Positions 10,121 to 19,835 of a stretch of 64,000 nucleotides of DNA are shown piece after piece. A program made the position numbers and the translations under genes. Positions within the stretch are counted from its first letter, which is position 1. Every line of letters begins with the position of its first letter. Under the pieces are notes generated by a model. The model was given only the letters and a program-made list of their open reading frames with translations. It had not been told where the DNA came from and ran no database searches. The stretch comes from Gammaproteobacteria bacterium (lineage in GTDB: Bacteria > Pseudomonadota > Gammaproteobacteria > CBDBNL01 > JAAOII01). The stretch lies in contig OZ242372.1 of assembly GCA_965209035.1 (NCBI GenBank), forward strand, positions 2,016,001 to 2,080,000, in the 5' to 3' direction.

Positions 10121-12979
10121 ATGAAAACGACAACTAACGATCCTGTGCAACACCCAAAAGATTCAAAAGGACCCGAGGAGATGAACACAACACCTCCGGC
10201 GATGGATAAGAAGTTTAACGCCAGGGAAATAGAAAAGAAATGGTACTCCTTTTGGGAATCTTCCGGTTTTTTTCAGCCGACGGGAGAGGGCGAAGCCTAC
10301 TGCATTGCCATACCTCCGCCCAATGTCACCGGCACTTTGCATATGGGGCATGCTTTTCTTAATACGCTCATAGATACGCTCATCCGCTATCAGCGGATGC
10401 GGGGCAAGCGCGTGTTGTGGCAAATGGGGACGGATCATGCCGGCATAGCCACGCAGATGGTGGTGGAGCGGAAACTTGCCGCCCGCGGCAAAGAAAGACG
10501 GAAAATTGGAAGGGAAGCTTTCGTAAAAGCCGTATGGGATTGGAAAGCGGAGTCCGCGGGGATTATTTCGCATCAATTAAGGCGGTTGGGGGCTTCGGTG
10601 GATTGGGAGACAGAGCGGTTTACTATGGACGAAGGATTTTCGCGCGCGGTCACCGAGGCATTCGTTCGGTTGTCCGAGCGGGGATATGTTTATCGTGCCA
10701 AGCGTTTGGTTAATTGGGATCCGAAGTTACTTACGGCCGTGTCGGATCTGGAAGTGCAGGCCGCAGAGGAGGACGCTATTCTTTATTATGTCCGTTATCC
10801 CTTTGCCGGCGAAGGCGAAGAGGGAGGTATGGTGATTGCCACAACCCGACCGGAAACGATACTGGCGGACGGAGCAGTTGCGGTGCATCCGGACGACCCG
10901 AGGTTTAAAAAATATGTCGGTAAAAAAGTGCATGTCCCTATGACGGAGCGCGTGATTCCGGTGATTGCCGACGACTATGTTAAGTCCGAATTCGGTTCGG
11001 GGACGGTGAAGATAACGCCCGCCCATGATTTCAATGACTACGAAGTAGGGCAACGCCACGAGATGGAAGTGATCAATCTGTTTACTCCGCATGCCGTGAT
11101 GAATGAAAATGCGCCGCCCGCTTATCGCGGCATGGACCGAGAAACAGCACGTGTGGCTATTGTCCGGGATCTTGAGAAAGCAGACTTCCTTGTTAAGAAA
11201 GAAGATCACAAACACAGTCCGCCGCGCGGCGACAGAAGCGGTGTGATTTTGGAGCCTTATTTAACCGATCAGTGGTTTGTGCGTATGGATGAGTTTGCCA
11301 AAAAAGCAATGCAATCGGTGCGCGCCGGGCAAACATCTTTTGTCCCGAAACAATGGGAAAAGACCTATTTTAATTGGTTGACAAACATTCAAGACTGGTG
11401 TGTCAGTCGCCAACTCTGGTGGGGGCATCGCATTCCCGCCTGGTATGATGAAAAGGGCGGTGTTTATGTTGGCAGAACGGAAGTTGAGGTGCGCGAGAAA
11501 CACAACATCACATCGGGGATTTCTCTGCACAGAGACGAAGATGTGCTGGATACCTGGTTTTCGTCCGCACTCTGGACCTTTGCGACAATGGGCTGGCCGG
11601 ATGAGAGTGGGCGGCAAAAGGTATTCAACCCGACAAGCGTGCTGGTGACCGGGTTTGATATCATCTTCTTTTGGGTGGCGCGTATGATGATGATAACCCT
11701 TGCCCTAAAAGACGAAATTCCCTTTAAGGAGGTTTATATTCACGGTCTGGTGCGCGATGCCGAGGGGAAAAAGATGTCAAAATCCAAGGGTAATATTCTG
11801 GACCCGTTGGATGTGATAGACGGAATTACACTGACGGACTTGATTAAGAAGCGGACTTCCGATTTAATGCAGCCCCGCCTGGCAACTGCGATTGAAAAAA
11901 GCACGCGGCGCGACTTCCCGGATGGAATAGAAACACACGGAACGGATGCTTTACGCTTTACATTTTGCTCTTTGGCATCCAACGGCAGGGACCTGAACTT
12001 TGATGTTTCTCGCTGTATTGGCTATCGTAATTTTTGTAACAAACTTTGGAATGCGGCTCGTTATGTTTTGGCACAGTTTCGACCGGATACGGATTGGATG
12101 TCCGATGCGGACTATGCCAAACAAACGCTTCATTATGCGGATAAATGGATTACCACCGGCTGCGACAATGCGGTTCGGAAAGTTTTGCGCGGCCTTGAAA
12201 ACTACCGATTTGATCATGCGTCCGATGCCTTGTATCATTTTGTCTGGCACGAATATTGTGACTGGTATGTTGAATTGAGCAAGCCGCTGCTTGCTTCTCC
12301 GAGTGAAGCGGAACGCAAAATATTACTAAATACGATGCTGCGTGTTCTTGAAAAAACTCTTTGTCTGGCACATCCGTTCATTCCGTTTGTTACCGAAGAA
12401 ATTTGGCAGCATTTGCGGCCGCTGATGCGGTTGCCCGAAGAAAGTATTATGCGACGTCCCTATCCGCGGCCGCTTTCCGCTGAGGTTGCCGCGGAGCATA
12501 TGCGCACGGAATCTCTGATGGAATGGCTGCGTCTCCTCGTGACAGAAGGACGCTCGATGCGTGATCAGGCCGGACTATCTCCCAAAGTGTGTACCAAGTT
12601 TATCCTGATAACAAAAGACGAACGGGAGACGGCATGGCTGACGGAAAGCATGCCGCTGATACGTGGCCTGCTTAATTGCGAGGAGGTTACACTTGGTGCT
12701 GCCGGTGCTGCCGGAGTGGCCGGGCGTTCCCGCATTGTGGGGCAGGGGAGTCTTGTGCTTCCTTTTGCGAATCGCTCGGAGTGTGAGGCGGAGATCCGAA
12801 GGCTGAACACGGAGTTGGAACGCTTGGAAAAAATGCGGAATCTTCTGGATGCCAAGCTGAAAAACGACGACTTTCGGACCAAGGCACCGAAGGCGGTTGT
12901 GGAAGAGACCAAACGGCGGGCGGAATCCGCACAAGCGTCCTTGGACACAATTCGACAAAATATCCGGGAACTGGCATGA
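10121..12979 (+). CDS. valS: Valine--tRNA ligase
   Basis: PPPNVTGTLHMGHA, SRQLWWGHRIP, DTWFSS and KMSKS motifs. Confidence 0.98.
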   Translation: MKTTTNDPVQHPKDSKGPEEMNTTPPAMDKKFNAREIEKKWYSFWESSGFFQPTGEGEAYCIAIPPPNVTGTLHMGHAFLNTLIDTLIRYQRMRGKRVLWQMGTDHAGIATQMVVERKLAARGKERRKIGREAFVKAVWDWKAESAGIISHQLRRLGASVDWETERFTMDEGFSRAVTEAFVRLSERGYVYRAKRLVNWDPKLLTAVSDLEVQAAEEDAILYYVRYPFAGEGEEGGMVIATTRPETILADGAVAVHPDDPRFKKYVGKKVHVPMTERVIPVIADDYVKSEFGSGTVKITPAHDFNDYEVGQRHEMEVINLFTPHAVMNENAPPAYRGMDRETARVAIVRDLEKADFLVKKEDHKHSPPRGDRSGVILEPYLTDQWFVRMDEFAKKAMQSVRAGQTSFVPKQWEKTYFNWLTNIQDWCVSRQLWWGHRIPAWYDEKGGVYVGRTEVEVREKHNITSGISLHRDEDVLDTWFSSALWTFATMGWPDESGRQKVFNPTSVLVTGFDIIFFWVARMMMITLALKDEIPFKEVYIHGLVRDAEGKKMSKSKGNILDPLDVIDGITLTDLIKKRTSDLMQPRLATAIEKSTRRDFPDGIETHGTDALRFTFCSLASNGRDLNFDVSRCIGYRNFCNKLWNAARYVLAQFRPDTDWMSDADYAKQTLHYADKWITTGCDNAVRKVLRGLENYRFDHASDALYHFVWHEYCDWYVELSKPLLASPSEAERKILLNTMLRVLEKTLCLAHPFIPFVTEEIWQHLRPLMRLPEESIMRRPYPRPLSAEVAAEHMRTESLMEWLRLLVTEGRSMRDQAGLSPKVCTKFILITKDERETAWLTESMPLIRGLLNCEEVTLGAAGAAGVAGRSRIVGQGSLVLPFANRSECEAEIRRLNTELERLEKMRNLLDAKLKNDDFRTKAPKAVVEETKRRAESAQASLDTIRQNIRELA

Positions 12980-13068
12980 GTTGGGATGGACGCCGGACGG
13001 ACGCCCGGCGTCTTTTAAGTCACCGCAAAGAGCCTGCAAACACCAATGCAGGGGTTATAATAAAAAGG

Positions 13069-13872
13069 ATGTTAATCATTCTTTCGCCGGCCAAGAAGTT
13101 GAACTTTAACAGAGAAATTCCCGTCTCGGAACGCACTCTGCCGCAGTTTGCGGACAGGGCGCGCGAGCTGTTGGATGTCCTGCGTGATTATGATGCTGCC
13201 TCTTTATCGCGTCTGATGCAACTTAGCGAAAAGTTATCTGTGCTTAACACGAAACGCTACCACAATTTCACATTTCCGCTGACAGCGGAGAATTCACGAC
13301 CGGCCGTTTATTGTTTTGACGGAGATGTTTATCTGGGGTTGAATATAGATTCTTTGACTGTGCCGGAAGTTTTTGAGTTGCAAAAGAAGTTACGCATTAT
13401 TTCGGGTTTGTTCGGGTTACTCAGACCATTGGATCTGATACAGCCTTATCGTTTGGAAATGGGGACAAAACTCCCCACTTCGCGCGGCGATACTCTTTAT
13501 CAGTTCTGGGGCAATACATTGGCCGATAGTATTTACGCCGAACTCAGCGCGGATGTGCATGAAGACAGAGACAGATTCTTGGTTAATCTGGCATCCGACG
13601 AATACGCCACCGCGGTTCGCATCCCCGACTTGCGAAAGCGCGGGCTGCGTGTCATTCAGCCGATGTTCCGGGACTACAAAAACGGGACCTACAAAACAAT
13701 TTCTTTTTTTGCGAAGAAAGCCCGAGGGATGATGGTGCATTACCTCATTCGCAACAATATTACCAAAGAAGAGGACATTTTGGGATTTGATGTCGGCGGC
13801 TATGTTTATAGCCGGAAGCATTCCCAACCGGATTCCCCCGTTTTTCTGCGAAAACTGTCCGCTGCGGCATAG
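13069..13872 (+). CDS. yaaA: Peroxide stress protein YaaA (UPF0246)
   Basis: MLIILSPAK, PYRLEMG, NLASDEY and AKKARG motifs. Start moved to ATG 13069. Confidence 0.92.
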   Translation: MLIILSPAKKLNFNREIPVSERTLPQFADRARELLDVLRDYDAASLSRLMQLSEKLSVLNTKRYHNFTFPLTAENSRPAVYCFDGDVYLGLNIDSLTVPEVFELQKKLRIISGLFGLLRPLDLIQPYRLEMGTKLPTSRGDTLYQFWGNTLADSIYAELSADVHEDRDRFLVNLASDEYATAVRIPDLRKRGLRVIQPMFRDYKNGTYKTISFFAKKARGMMVHYLIRNNITKEEDILGFDVGGYVYSRKHSQPDSPVFLRKLSAAA

Positions 13873-13920
13873 GGCTATTTTTGCGATCTTCTTTACGCTT
13901 TCTTTGCATTAATCTTACCT

Positions 13921-14691
13921 TTGCGCGGATTACTATTTTTCTGCGGCTATATTGTCATTTTGCTGTGTTGGTCATTGGTCACAACTCTGACTTCTCCTTT
14001 TGTGCCATTAAAAAAACGCGGGATTCTCTGTCGGTACGCCTATCGGGCATTTGAAAGTTGGTTGAGGCTGGCGGTTGGAATTCGGGTCCTATATGATTAT
14101 GCGGAACCTATTCCCGAGAACGAAAACTATATCATCGTGGCAAATCATCAAACGGCCTGGGATGCTTTTGCGATGAACACTCTGTGTTTGCCGTCTGTTA
14201 CGGTTCTCAAATACGAGTTGATGCAAATTCCGTTGATCGGTTGGGGACTAAGGACAATTGATCCGATTGTTATCAGACGCAAAAACCTTGTCCAGTCCAT
14301 GCGACAAATTTATGAAAAAGGAAGTCAGAAGTTACGGGAAGGATTTCATCTTGTTATTTTCCCGCAAGGAACAAGAGTGTCGCCGCCGGCTGTCGGCGAG
14401 CTAAGTGCCGCGCCGGTGCGTTTGGCACTCTTGACAAACAAACCGTTATTGCCGGTTGTGCACAACAGCGGAGAATTGCTCTCGCCCGGGGGAGTATTTA
14501 AACGCGGCGGCGAATTGCGCATCCGCATCGGACCGCCGATCCGCCCGCAAGATTTTGGCGGTTCTGCCGGCAAACAGGCAATTCGGTTGAAACTGGCAAA
14601 GCAAATGAGCGAGATGCTGCGTCTGACGCACGATATGGAAACCGAGGAGATTAAAGTACCGAATTCCGCCAACAGAGAAGCGGTTAAATGA
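13921..14691 (+). CDS. plsC: 1-acyl-sn-glycerol-3-phosphate acyltransferase
   Basis: NHQTAWD (HX4D) and FPQGTR motifs. Confidence 0.85.
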   Translation: MRGLLFFCGYIVILLCWSLVTTLTSPFVPLKKRGILCRYAYRAFESWLRLAVGIRVLYDYAEPIPENENYIIVANHQTAWDAFAMNTLCLPSVTVLKYELMQIPLIGWGLRTIDPIVIRRKNLVQSMRQIYEKGSQKLREGFHLVIFPQGTRVSPPAVGELSAAPVRLALLTNKPLLPVVHNSGELLSPGGVFKRGGELRIRIGPPIRPQDFGGSAGKQAIRLKLAKQMSEMLRLTHDMETEEIKVPNSANREAVK

Positions 14692-15950
14692 GTTTTTGTC
14701 GTTTGGTGGGCTGTAACCATGTTACCGCGCCTTTGGCGGTGCGCGAGCATGTTGCTTTTGGCAAGGATGACCTGGGTTCCGGTCTGGATTCCCTTATGGG
14801 ACTTAAAGGAGTGAGCGAAGCCATCATTTTTTCTACTTGCAACAGAACCGAAGTTTACTATTGCGGCGGCATCGCCGAAGAGCGGGTGATCCAATGGCTA
14901 AGCGACTTCCACCATATAGATCCGGAGTGGTTAAAAGCCTGTCTTTACAGGTATGAAAACTCGGATACACTCAGGCATCTTGCTCGGGTGGCGAGCGGTC
15001 TTGATTCCATTGCTTTGGGTGAAACACAGGTTCTGGGACAACTTAAGGATGCCTACCAACTGGCAAAGATGCGCGGGGCTGTGTCGGATGAATTGGACAA
15101 GGTGATGCAGTTTATTTTTGGTTTGGCAAAAAAATTACGCAGATCTACCCGTATTGGCAAGGAACCGATCAGCATTGCTTCGGCGGCGGTGAACCTGGCA
15201 AACGAAGCTTTCGAAGACTTTCGCTATCGCATACCCCTTGTTGTGGGTGCCGGGCAAAATGCCCGCTTGATTACGGACTATCTGGTTAAGAGAGGTATTA
15301 AGCAAATGTATTTTGCCAATCGCACCTACCGCAAAGCCGAAGAATTGGCGGAAGCATCCGGTGTCAAGGCGAAAGTGGTTTCTTTGATGGATCTGGAAAA
15401 GGTGATTCCGGACGCGGATATGATCTTTACTTCTACGGCGAGTCCGACCATTCTGATAGGCAAAGGGATGATTGAGAAAGCCCTGAGGCTGCATGATCAT
15501 AAACGAATGTTCATCGCGGATATTTCCGTTCCGCGCGATCTGGAAAATTCCATAGCCGAGTTGTCGCGAGTGAACCTTTATACTCTGGATGATTTGCAAC
15601 GAATTCTTGCGGAGAATATGGGCAAGAGAAAAAAGGAAATGGTGCCGGCACAAAAGATGATTGACAAGGCGGTGGATGGCTATTTGGAAGAACACAGCCC
15701 GCACAAGGAAATTTTGGAATCTTATCGCCGAAGGGTGGATACTTGTAAGGAGGCGGAGTTGAAGCACGCTTTGAACGGAACACAGGATCCGGATGCCCGG
15801 CGTGCGATAACGCTGCTGGCCGACAGATTGGCTGCGAAACTTACGCACGAACCGACCAAGATGATTCGTTCCGCTCGCCGCAACAAAGACTATCGACAAT
15901 TACACTACTTGGCGAGCGGGTTACTCGGAAACGAGCCCTCCAAAAAATAG
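14688..15950 (+). CDS. hemA: Glutamyl-tRNA reductase
   Basis: STCNRTEVY, VASGLDS..LGETQVLGQ and D.SVPRD motifs; lies upstream of prfA. Confidence 0.96.
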   Translation: MSFCRLVGCNHVTAPLAVREHVAFGKDDLGSGLDSLMGLKGVSEAIIFSTCNRTEVYYCGGIAEERVIQWLSDFHHIDPEWLKACLYRYENSDTLRHLARVASGLDSIALGETQVLGQLKDAYQLAKMRGAVSDELDKVMQFIFGLAKKLRRSTRIGKEPISIASAAVNLANEAFEDFRYRIPLVVGAGQNARLITDYLVKRGIKQMYFANRTYRKAEELAEASGVKAKVVSLMDLEKVIPDADMIFTSTASPTILIGKGMIEKALRLHDHKRMFIADISVPRDLENSIAELSRVNLYTLDDLQRILAENMGKRKKEMVPAQKMIDKAVDGYLEEHSPHKEILESYRRRVDTCKEAELKHALNGTQDPDARRAITLLADRLAAKLTHEPTKMIRSARRNKDYRQLHYLASGLLGNEPSKK

Positions 15951-15963
15951 AGAGGACTACTAA

Positions 15964-17070
15964 ATGCATAAACGGCAGCGGGAAGTTTTGGAAAGCATGC
16001 GGCAGCGTGTTGAAACCTTGACGGAAGAGATGGCAAGCGACGAGGTGATTGGAGATCACACCAAAAGAATGAAACTTGCCAAAGAACTCAACAAACTGAA
16101 AGCACCGGTCCTTTTGTATGAGGAGTTTATCAAGTTTGAAGAAGAACAACGGCAAACTCACCTTGTCCGGCAGGATAAGAACGAGACCGAAGAGATGCGA
16201 GAATTGGCGACCGCCGAATATCAGCATCTTACGGCGGATTTGGCAAACAAGGAAGAGCAACTCATGCATCTCCTTCTCGGCAGAGAGAGCGGAGATGGCC
16301 GGGATGTTTATATTGAAGTGCGTGCCGGGGCGGGCGGGGCCGAAGCGGCAATTTTTGTCGGCGATCTAATCAGAATGTATAGCCGTTACGCGGAGCGGCA
16401 AGATTGGAAAATAGAAGCGGTTAATTTGAGTTTCAACGAGCAGGGGGGCTACCGAAATGCGATTCTTGCTTGCAAAGGTGATGATGTGTACGGTCGATTG
16501 AAGTTTGAGTCCGGCACCCATCGGGTGCAAAGAGTGCCGAAGACGGAAACTCAGGGGCGGCTGCATACTTCCACTTGCACTGTTGCGGTGATCCCGGAAG
16601 CAACGGCGGCAGACGAGATTGAGATTAACAAAGCGGATTTGCGTATAGATACTTACCGGGCGAGCGGTGCCGGCGGGCAGCATATCAATAAAACGGACTC
16701 GGCGGTGCGCATTACCCATATTCCGACCGGAGTGGTGGCGGAATGTCAGGAAGAGCGTTCGCAACACCGCAACAAGGAAAAAGCCATGCACCTTTTGGAA
16801 GCGCGGCTGTTATTAATGCATCAAGAACAGACCAGACGAGAGGAAGAGCAGCTGCGCCGAAGTTTGGTTGGCACTGCCGATCGGGCCGAAAAGATTAGAA
16901 CTTACAACTTTCCTCAAAATCGTGTTACGGACCATCGCATTGGGTTGACGCTTTATCGCCTTGCCGAGATGATGGAAGGGGATATGGCTTTTCTATTGGA
17001 ACCGCTCGGCAAGGAAGAGCGATTGCGGCTAAGCGACAAGGTACTTGTTGAACCAAATCCCGCGGAATGA
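15964..17070 (+). CDS. prfA: Peptide chain release factor 1
   Basis: GGQ motif, RF1-type PKT tripeptide, IRTYNFPQNRVTDHR. Confidence 0.97.
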   Translation: MHKRQREVLESMRQRVETLTEEMASDEVIGDHTKRMKLAKELNKLKAPVLLYEEFIKFEEEQRQTHLVRQDKNETEEMRELATAEYQHLTADLANKEEQLMHLLLGRESGDGRDVYIEVRAGAGGAEAAIFVGDLIRMYSRYAERQDWKIEAVNLSFNEQGGYRNAILACKGDDVYGRLKFESGTHRVQRVPKTETQGRLHTSTCTVAVIPEATAADEIEINKADLRIDTYRASGAGGQHINKTDSAVRITHIPTGVVAECQEERSQHRNKEKAMHLLEARLLLMHQEQTRREEEQLRRSLVGTADRAEKIRTYNFPQNRVTDHRIGLTLYRLAEMMEGDMAFLLEPLGKEERLRLSDKVLVEPNPAE

Positions 17071-17090
17071 AAGACAAGTACATTCATTCG
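17065..17090 (+). repeat. 26-bp direct repeat, copy 1 (prfA stop / dciA start overlap)
   Basis: GAATGAAAGACAAGTACATTCATTCG, identical to 18296-18321. Confidence 0.95.
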
Positions 17091-17189
17091 TAGTTCTATC
17101 GGGACAAAGAATTTAATGTTTTTATTTTGGCGATGGCATCAACTTCCCAATGCAAACCCGTTTGGGTCCTTACTGTAAAATAGGACATT

Positions 17190-17980
17190 ATGCTTGGATA
17201 TTCTTTTCGTGCTCTAAAAGAAGTATTTCGTCTAAAAATTAAAGGTGTTATTCAGATTGGTGCCCATACGGGTCAGGAGATCCTGGCATTAAATGGGGAG
17301 GGGGTTAAAAATTTGTTATTGATTGAGCCGTTGAAGAAACCATTCGCGAAGTTGAATGCTTATACGATTTTACATAAGAGAAAGTTTAATAGTTTGTTAT
17401 TGGAAAGAGAGCTTTGGGCAACAAAATGGGTAAGGTGATGATGCATGTGGCTGTAAATGAGGGCATGAGTTCTTCTATCTTAAAACCTCAAAAACACTTA
17501 GAAGTGTATCCGCACATTGAGTTTGATGAAAAAGAACAAGTGGAGATGACAACATTGGACAATTTGATGGCAAAGAAAGAATTGTCCGCCCTGCATTATA
17601 ATTTTTTGCTTATAGATGTCCGGGGTTATGAATTGGAGGTTTTGAAGGGTGGGAGAAAAACCCCGGATGGCGTAGATTATATCCTCTCGGAAATTAATGG
17701 CATAGAAATGTATAAGAGGTGTGCTCTTGTGGAAGAACTGGATGATTATTTGGACCAATTTGGTTTTTGCAGGGTGGTAACTGTCTGGCAAAACAAAAGA
17801 GACAAAACTTGGGGTGATGCTTTTTACATTAAGAAACCCACTTTGTTTCAGCAACATATATCCGCCAATATTTATTGGATGTTATTACACAGGTATCATC
17901 TGCCGATTAGAAAATTTCAGAAAAGTTGTGAGTCTTTTTACAAGAACACTATTCTCCGGCGAAATCACCGCCAAGGGTAG
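17190..17980 (+). pseudogene. FkbM-family methyltransferase, split by a frameshift near 17405
   Basis: ORF 17190-17438 has IQIGAHTGQE and LIEP. ORF 17414-17980 has SSSIL, TTLD, IDVRGYELEVLKG and WGDAFY. One extra base at ggaaagagagc would restore ..RALGNK. AT-rich. Confidence 0.8.
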
Positions 17981-18152
17981 GAAAGAAACTCCCATAATGG
18001 AAGAATTAAAACTTATACTTATATTATCAAGAAAGAAACGAGGTATTATTCTTATTGGTGATGTACGACTTTTGGGGAAAGATCAATGCCATCCGCCATT
18101 GGAATGTGATCAAATTTGTGTTATCTGCAAGAACAGCGAGTGTAGAAAATAA
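17945..18152 (+). pseudogene. C-terminal remnant of a second methyltransferase-like gene
   Basis: SGEITAKGRKETPIMEEL...IILIGDVRLLG resembles, from memory, the C-terminus of uncharacterised class I SAM-methyltransferase-like proteins. No N-terminus is present. Confidence 0.4.
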
Positions 18153-18219
18153 ACACGATATCTTAAGAATTATCTTGAATGATTAAGCGGATGCTCTTTG
18201 GAAAACTCAAAGAGGCAAT

Positions 18220-18300
18220 CGGTCCCAGTGTGTGGCATGTCAGTAAAACGGATTCTGCGGTGTGCGTTATCCATATTCCGACCGGAGTGGTGGTCGAATG
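18220..18300 (+). pseudogene. Degenerate duplicate of a prfA internal segment
   Basis: gcatgtcagtaaaacggattctgcggtgtgcgttatccatattccgaccggagtggtggtcgaatg aligns without gaps to prfA 16680-16745. Confidence 0.9.
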
Positions 18301-18321
18301 AAAGACAAGTACATTCATTCG
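18296..18321 (+). repeat. 26-bp direct repeat, copy 2
   Basis: Identical to 17065-17090. Confidence 0.95.
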
Positions 18322-18747
18322 GTTGGAAGTATTTTGCCGCGCTTGCGTGTGCCGGCTGCAAAAACTTCACCAAAAGAAGCGAGAGAACTGTCGGATAAAG
18401 AATGGAAGAGTTCTCGTAGCAGACTAAACGCCAAAACCGGCGGCAGGTCCCGTGCCGGTCGGCCCCGTACCGGTCGAGATGAGCAAAGCGATCAATTCAT
18501 TTCTCTTTTTGAAAACATTCGTCGGCTACAAAAATTGCAAGATGCTATGGCGGCTGTTTTGAGGGCGGAGCTGCGCGACGACTGTCAACTTGCAAAATAC
18601 GAAAACGGGGAAATGGTAGTTTTTTGTGCGAATGCCAATGTGGCATCGTACTTGCGTTATCACGGACAAGAGTATATTGGCGAACTCAGAAGGCTGCCGG
18701 AGTTTTATTCTCTGCAATCTTTGCGGGTCCGGTTGCAAGTCAAGTGA
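18298..18747 (+). CDS. dciA: DciA (DUF721) family helicase-loader-like protein
   Basis: C-terminal L...CQLA.YENG.MVV...NA..AS.LRY....I..L...PEF..L..LRVR pattern. Start moved to ATG 18298. Confidence 0.7.
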   Translation: MKDKYIHSVGSILPRLRVPAAKTSPKEARELSDKEWKSSRSRLNAKTGGRSRAGRPRTGRDEQSDQFISLFENIRRLQKLQDAMAAVLRAELRDDCQLAKYENGEMVVFCANANVASYLRYHGQEYIGELRRLPEFYSLQSLRVRLQVK

Positions 18748-18767
18748 GAAGTGGTAAACTTGTTAAG

Positions 18768-19691
18768 ATGTCATTTGGTGCAATAGATTATATTTGCGAC
18801 AGGTTCCGGCCGTCGCCATCCCCGATTTTGGTAATGTCCATTTTGGTCCGGGATGAAGCGGACATCATTGCGGATAATATCTTGTTTCACAGCAAGCAAG
18901 GTGTGGATGCGTTTGTTGTGGGAGACAATGCTTCTACGGACGGAACGCGCGAAAAGGTTGAAAAACTTGCAAAGGAACTGCCCGTTCATATTGTGGATTT
19001 CCCCGAGGGTCAGTACCGACAAACAACTTGGCGGACTCATATGGCGCGAATTGCTTATCGGAAGTTTAAAGCGACTCGGGTCATTAGTAATGATGCGGAT
19101 GAATTTTGGTATACCGAATCCGGGAATCTTAAACAAGAACTACCGCGTAGCAAGGCAATTATGCGCGTAGAACGATTCAATATGTTGTTCCTAAAAAAAA
19201 AAGATTATTATCAAAGTCCCTGGCGCGTCATCTCCCCCGTTCACTACAGAAGCAAATATCAAAAAAAGAATATTCGGATGTCAATTTCTTTGGCGAAACT
19301 GGCGCCGAAGGTTATTGTTGATCCGCGCGGTCTGTTGTTTGTGCGAGGCGGTAATCATCGGGCATTTCATTTGTTTTATTGGGGTATTCCGTCAACCTCA
19401 CAGGATATTTTGATTTACCACTTTCCTATGCGCGGTTATCGGGAGTTTTTACGCAGCGTCCGACACAGAGCCGAAGTGATGCAAAATGATCCCTCCACAC
19501 ACATTGGCCCGCACGATCTGCGTTGGATTAACCGTCTAAAAGAGGGCAAGCTTGCACAAGAATACGAAGATCTTATCTTTAGCCCGGATGAAATGAATAT
19601 CTTACAAAAACTTGGTTTTGTTGTTAAGGACTTTCGATTAATAGAGCGATTCAAACAACTGGGATTAATCAAGGAATTGGCAAATCAATGA
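18768..19691 (+). CDS. Glycosyltransferase family 2 (Glyco_tranf_2_4-like)
   Basis: VRDEADII..NI.FH, DNASTDGT, DADEFW, PKV, GNH and HFP.R motifs. Confidence 0.85.
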   Translation: MSFGAIDYICDRFRPSPSPILVMSILVRDEADIIADNILFHSKQGVDAFVVGDNASTDGTREKVEKLAKELPVHIVDFPEGQYRQTTWRTHMARIAYRKFKATRVISNDADEFWYTESGNLKQELPRSKAIMRVERFNMLFLKKKDYYQSPWRVISPVHYRSKYQKKNIRMSISLAKLAPKVIVDPRGLLFVRGGNHRAFHLFYWGIPSTSQDILIYHFPMRGYREFLRSVRHRAEVMQNDPSTHIGPHDLRWINRLKEGKLAQEYEDLIFSPDEMNILQKLGFVVKDFRLIERFKQLGLIKELANQ

Positions 19692-19835
19692 TGCCGTTGG
19701 CAATACTTTCAATGCACCTGCCGGAAAAGGTTGGAATTTGATATGCTTCGTTTAAAACCGGAAGAAATTGGAGTGCCGTCGACCGAGATCGATATTGGTC
19801 CCGGGATGTGTATTAGTGTATACGGAAATTGAAGG

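Noticed and set aside
15135-15899. Long antisense or alternate-frame ORFs (also 23653-24444, 30172-30945, 43039-43746, 47746-48444)
   Set aside because: They are shadows of well-supported genes on the opposite strand and have no motifs of their own.
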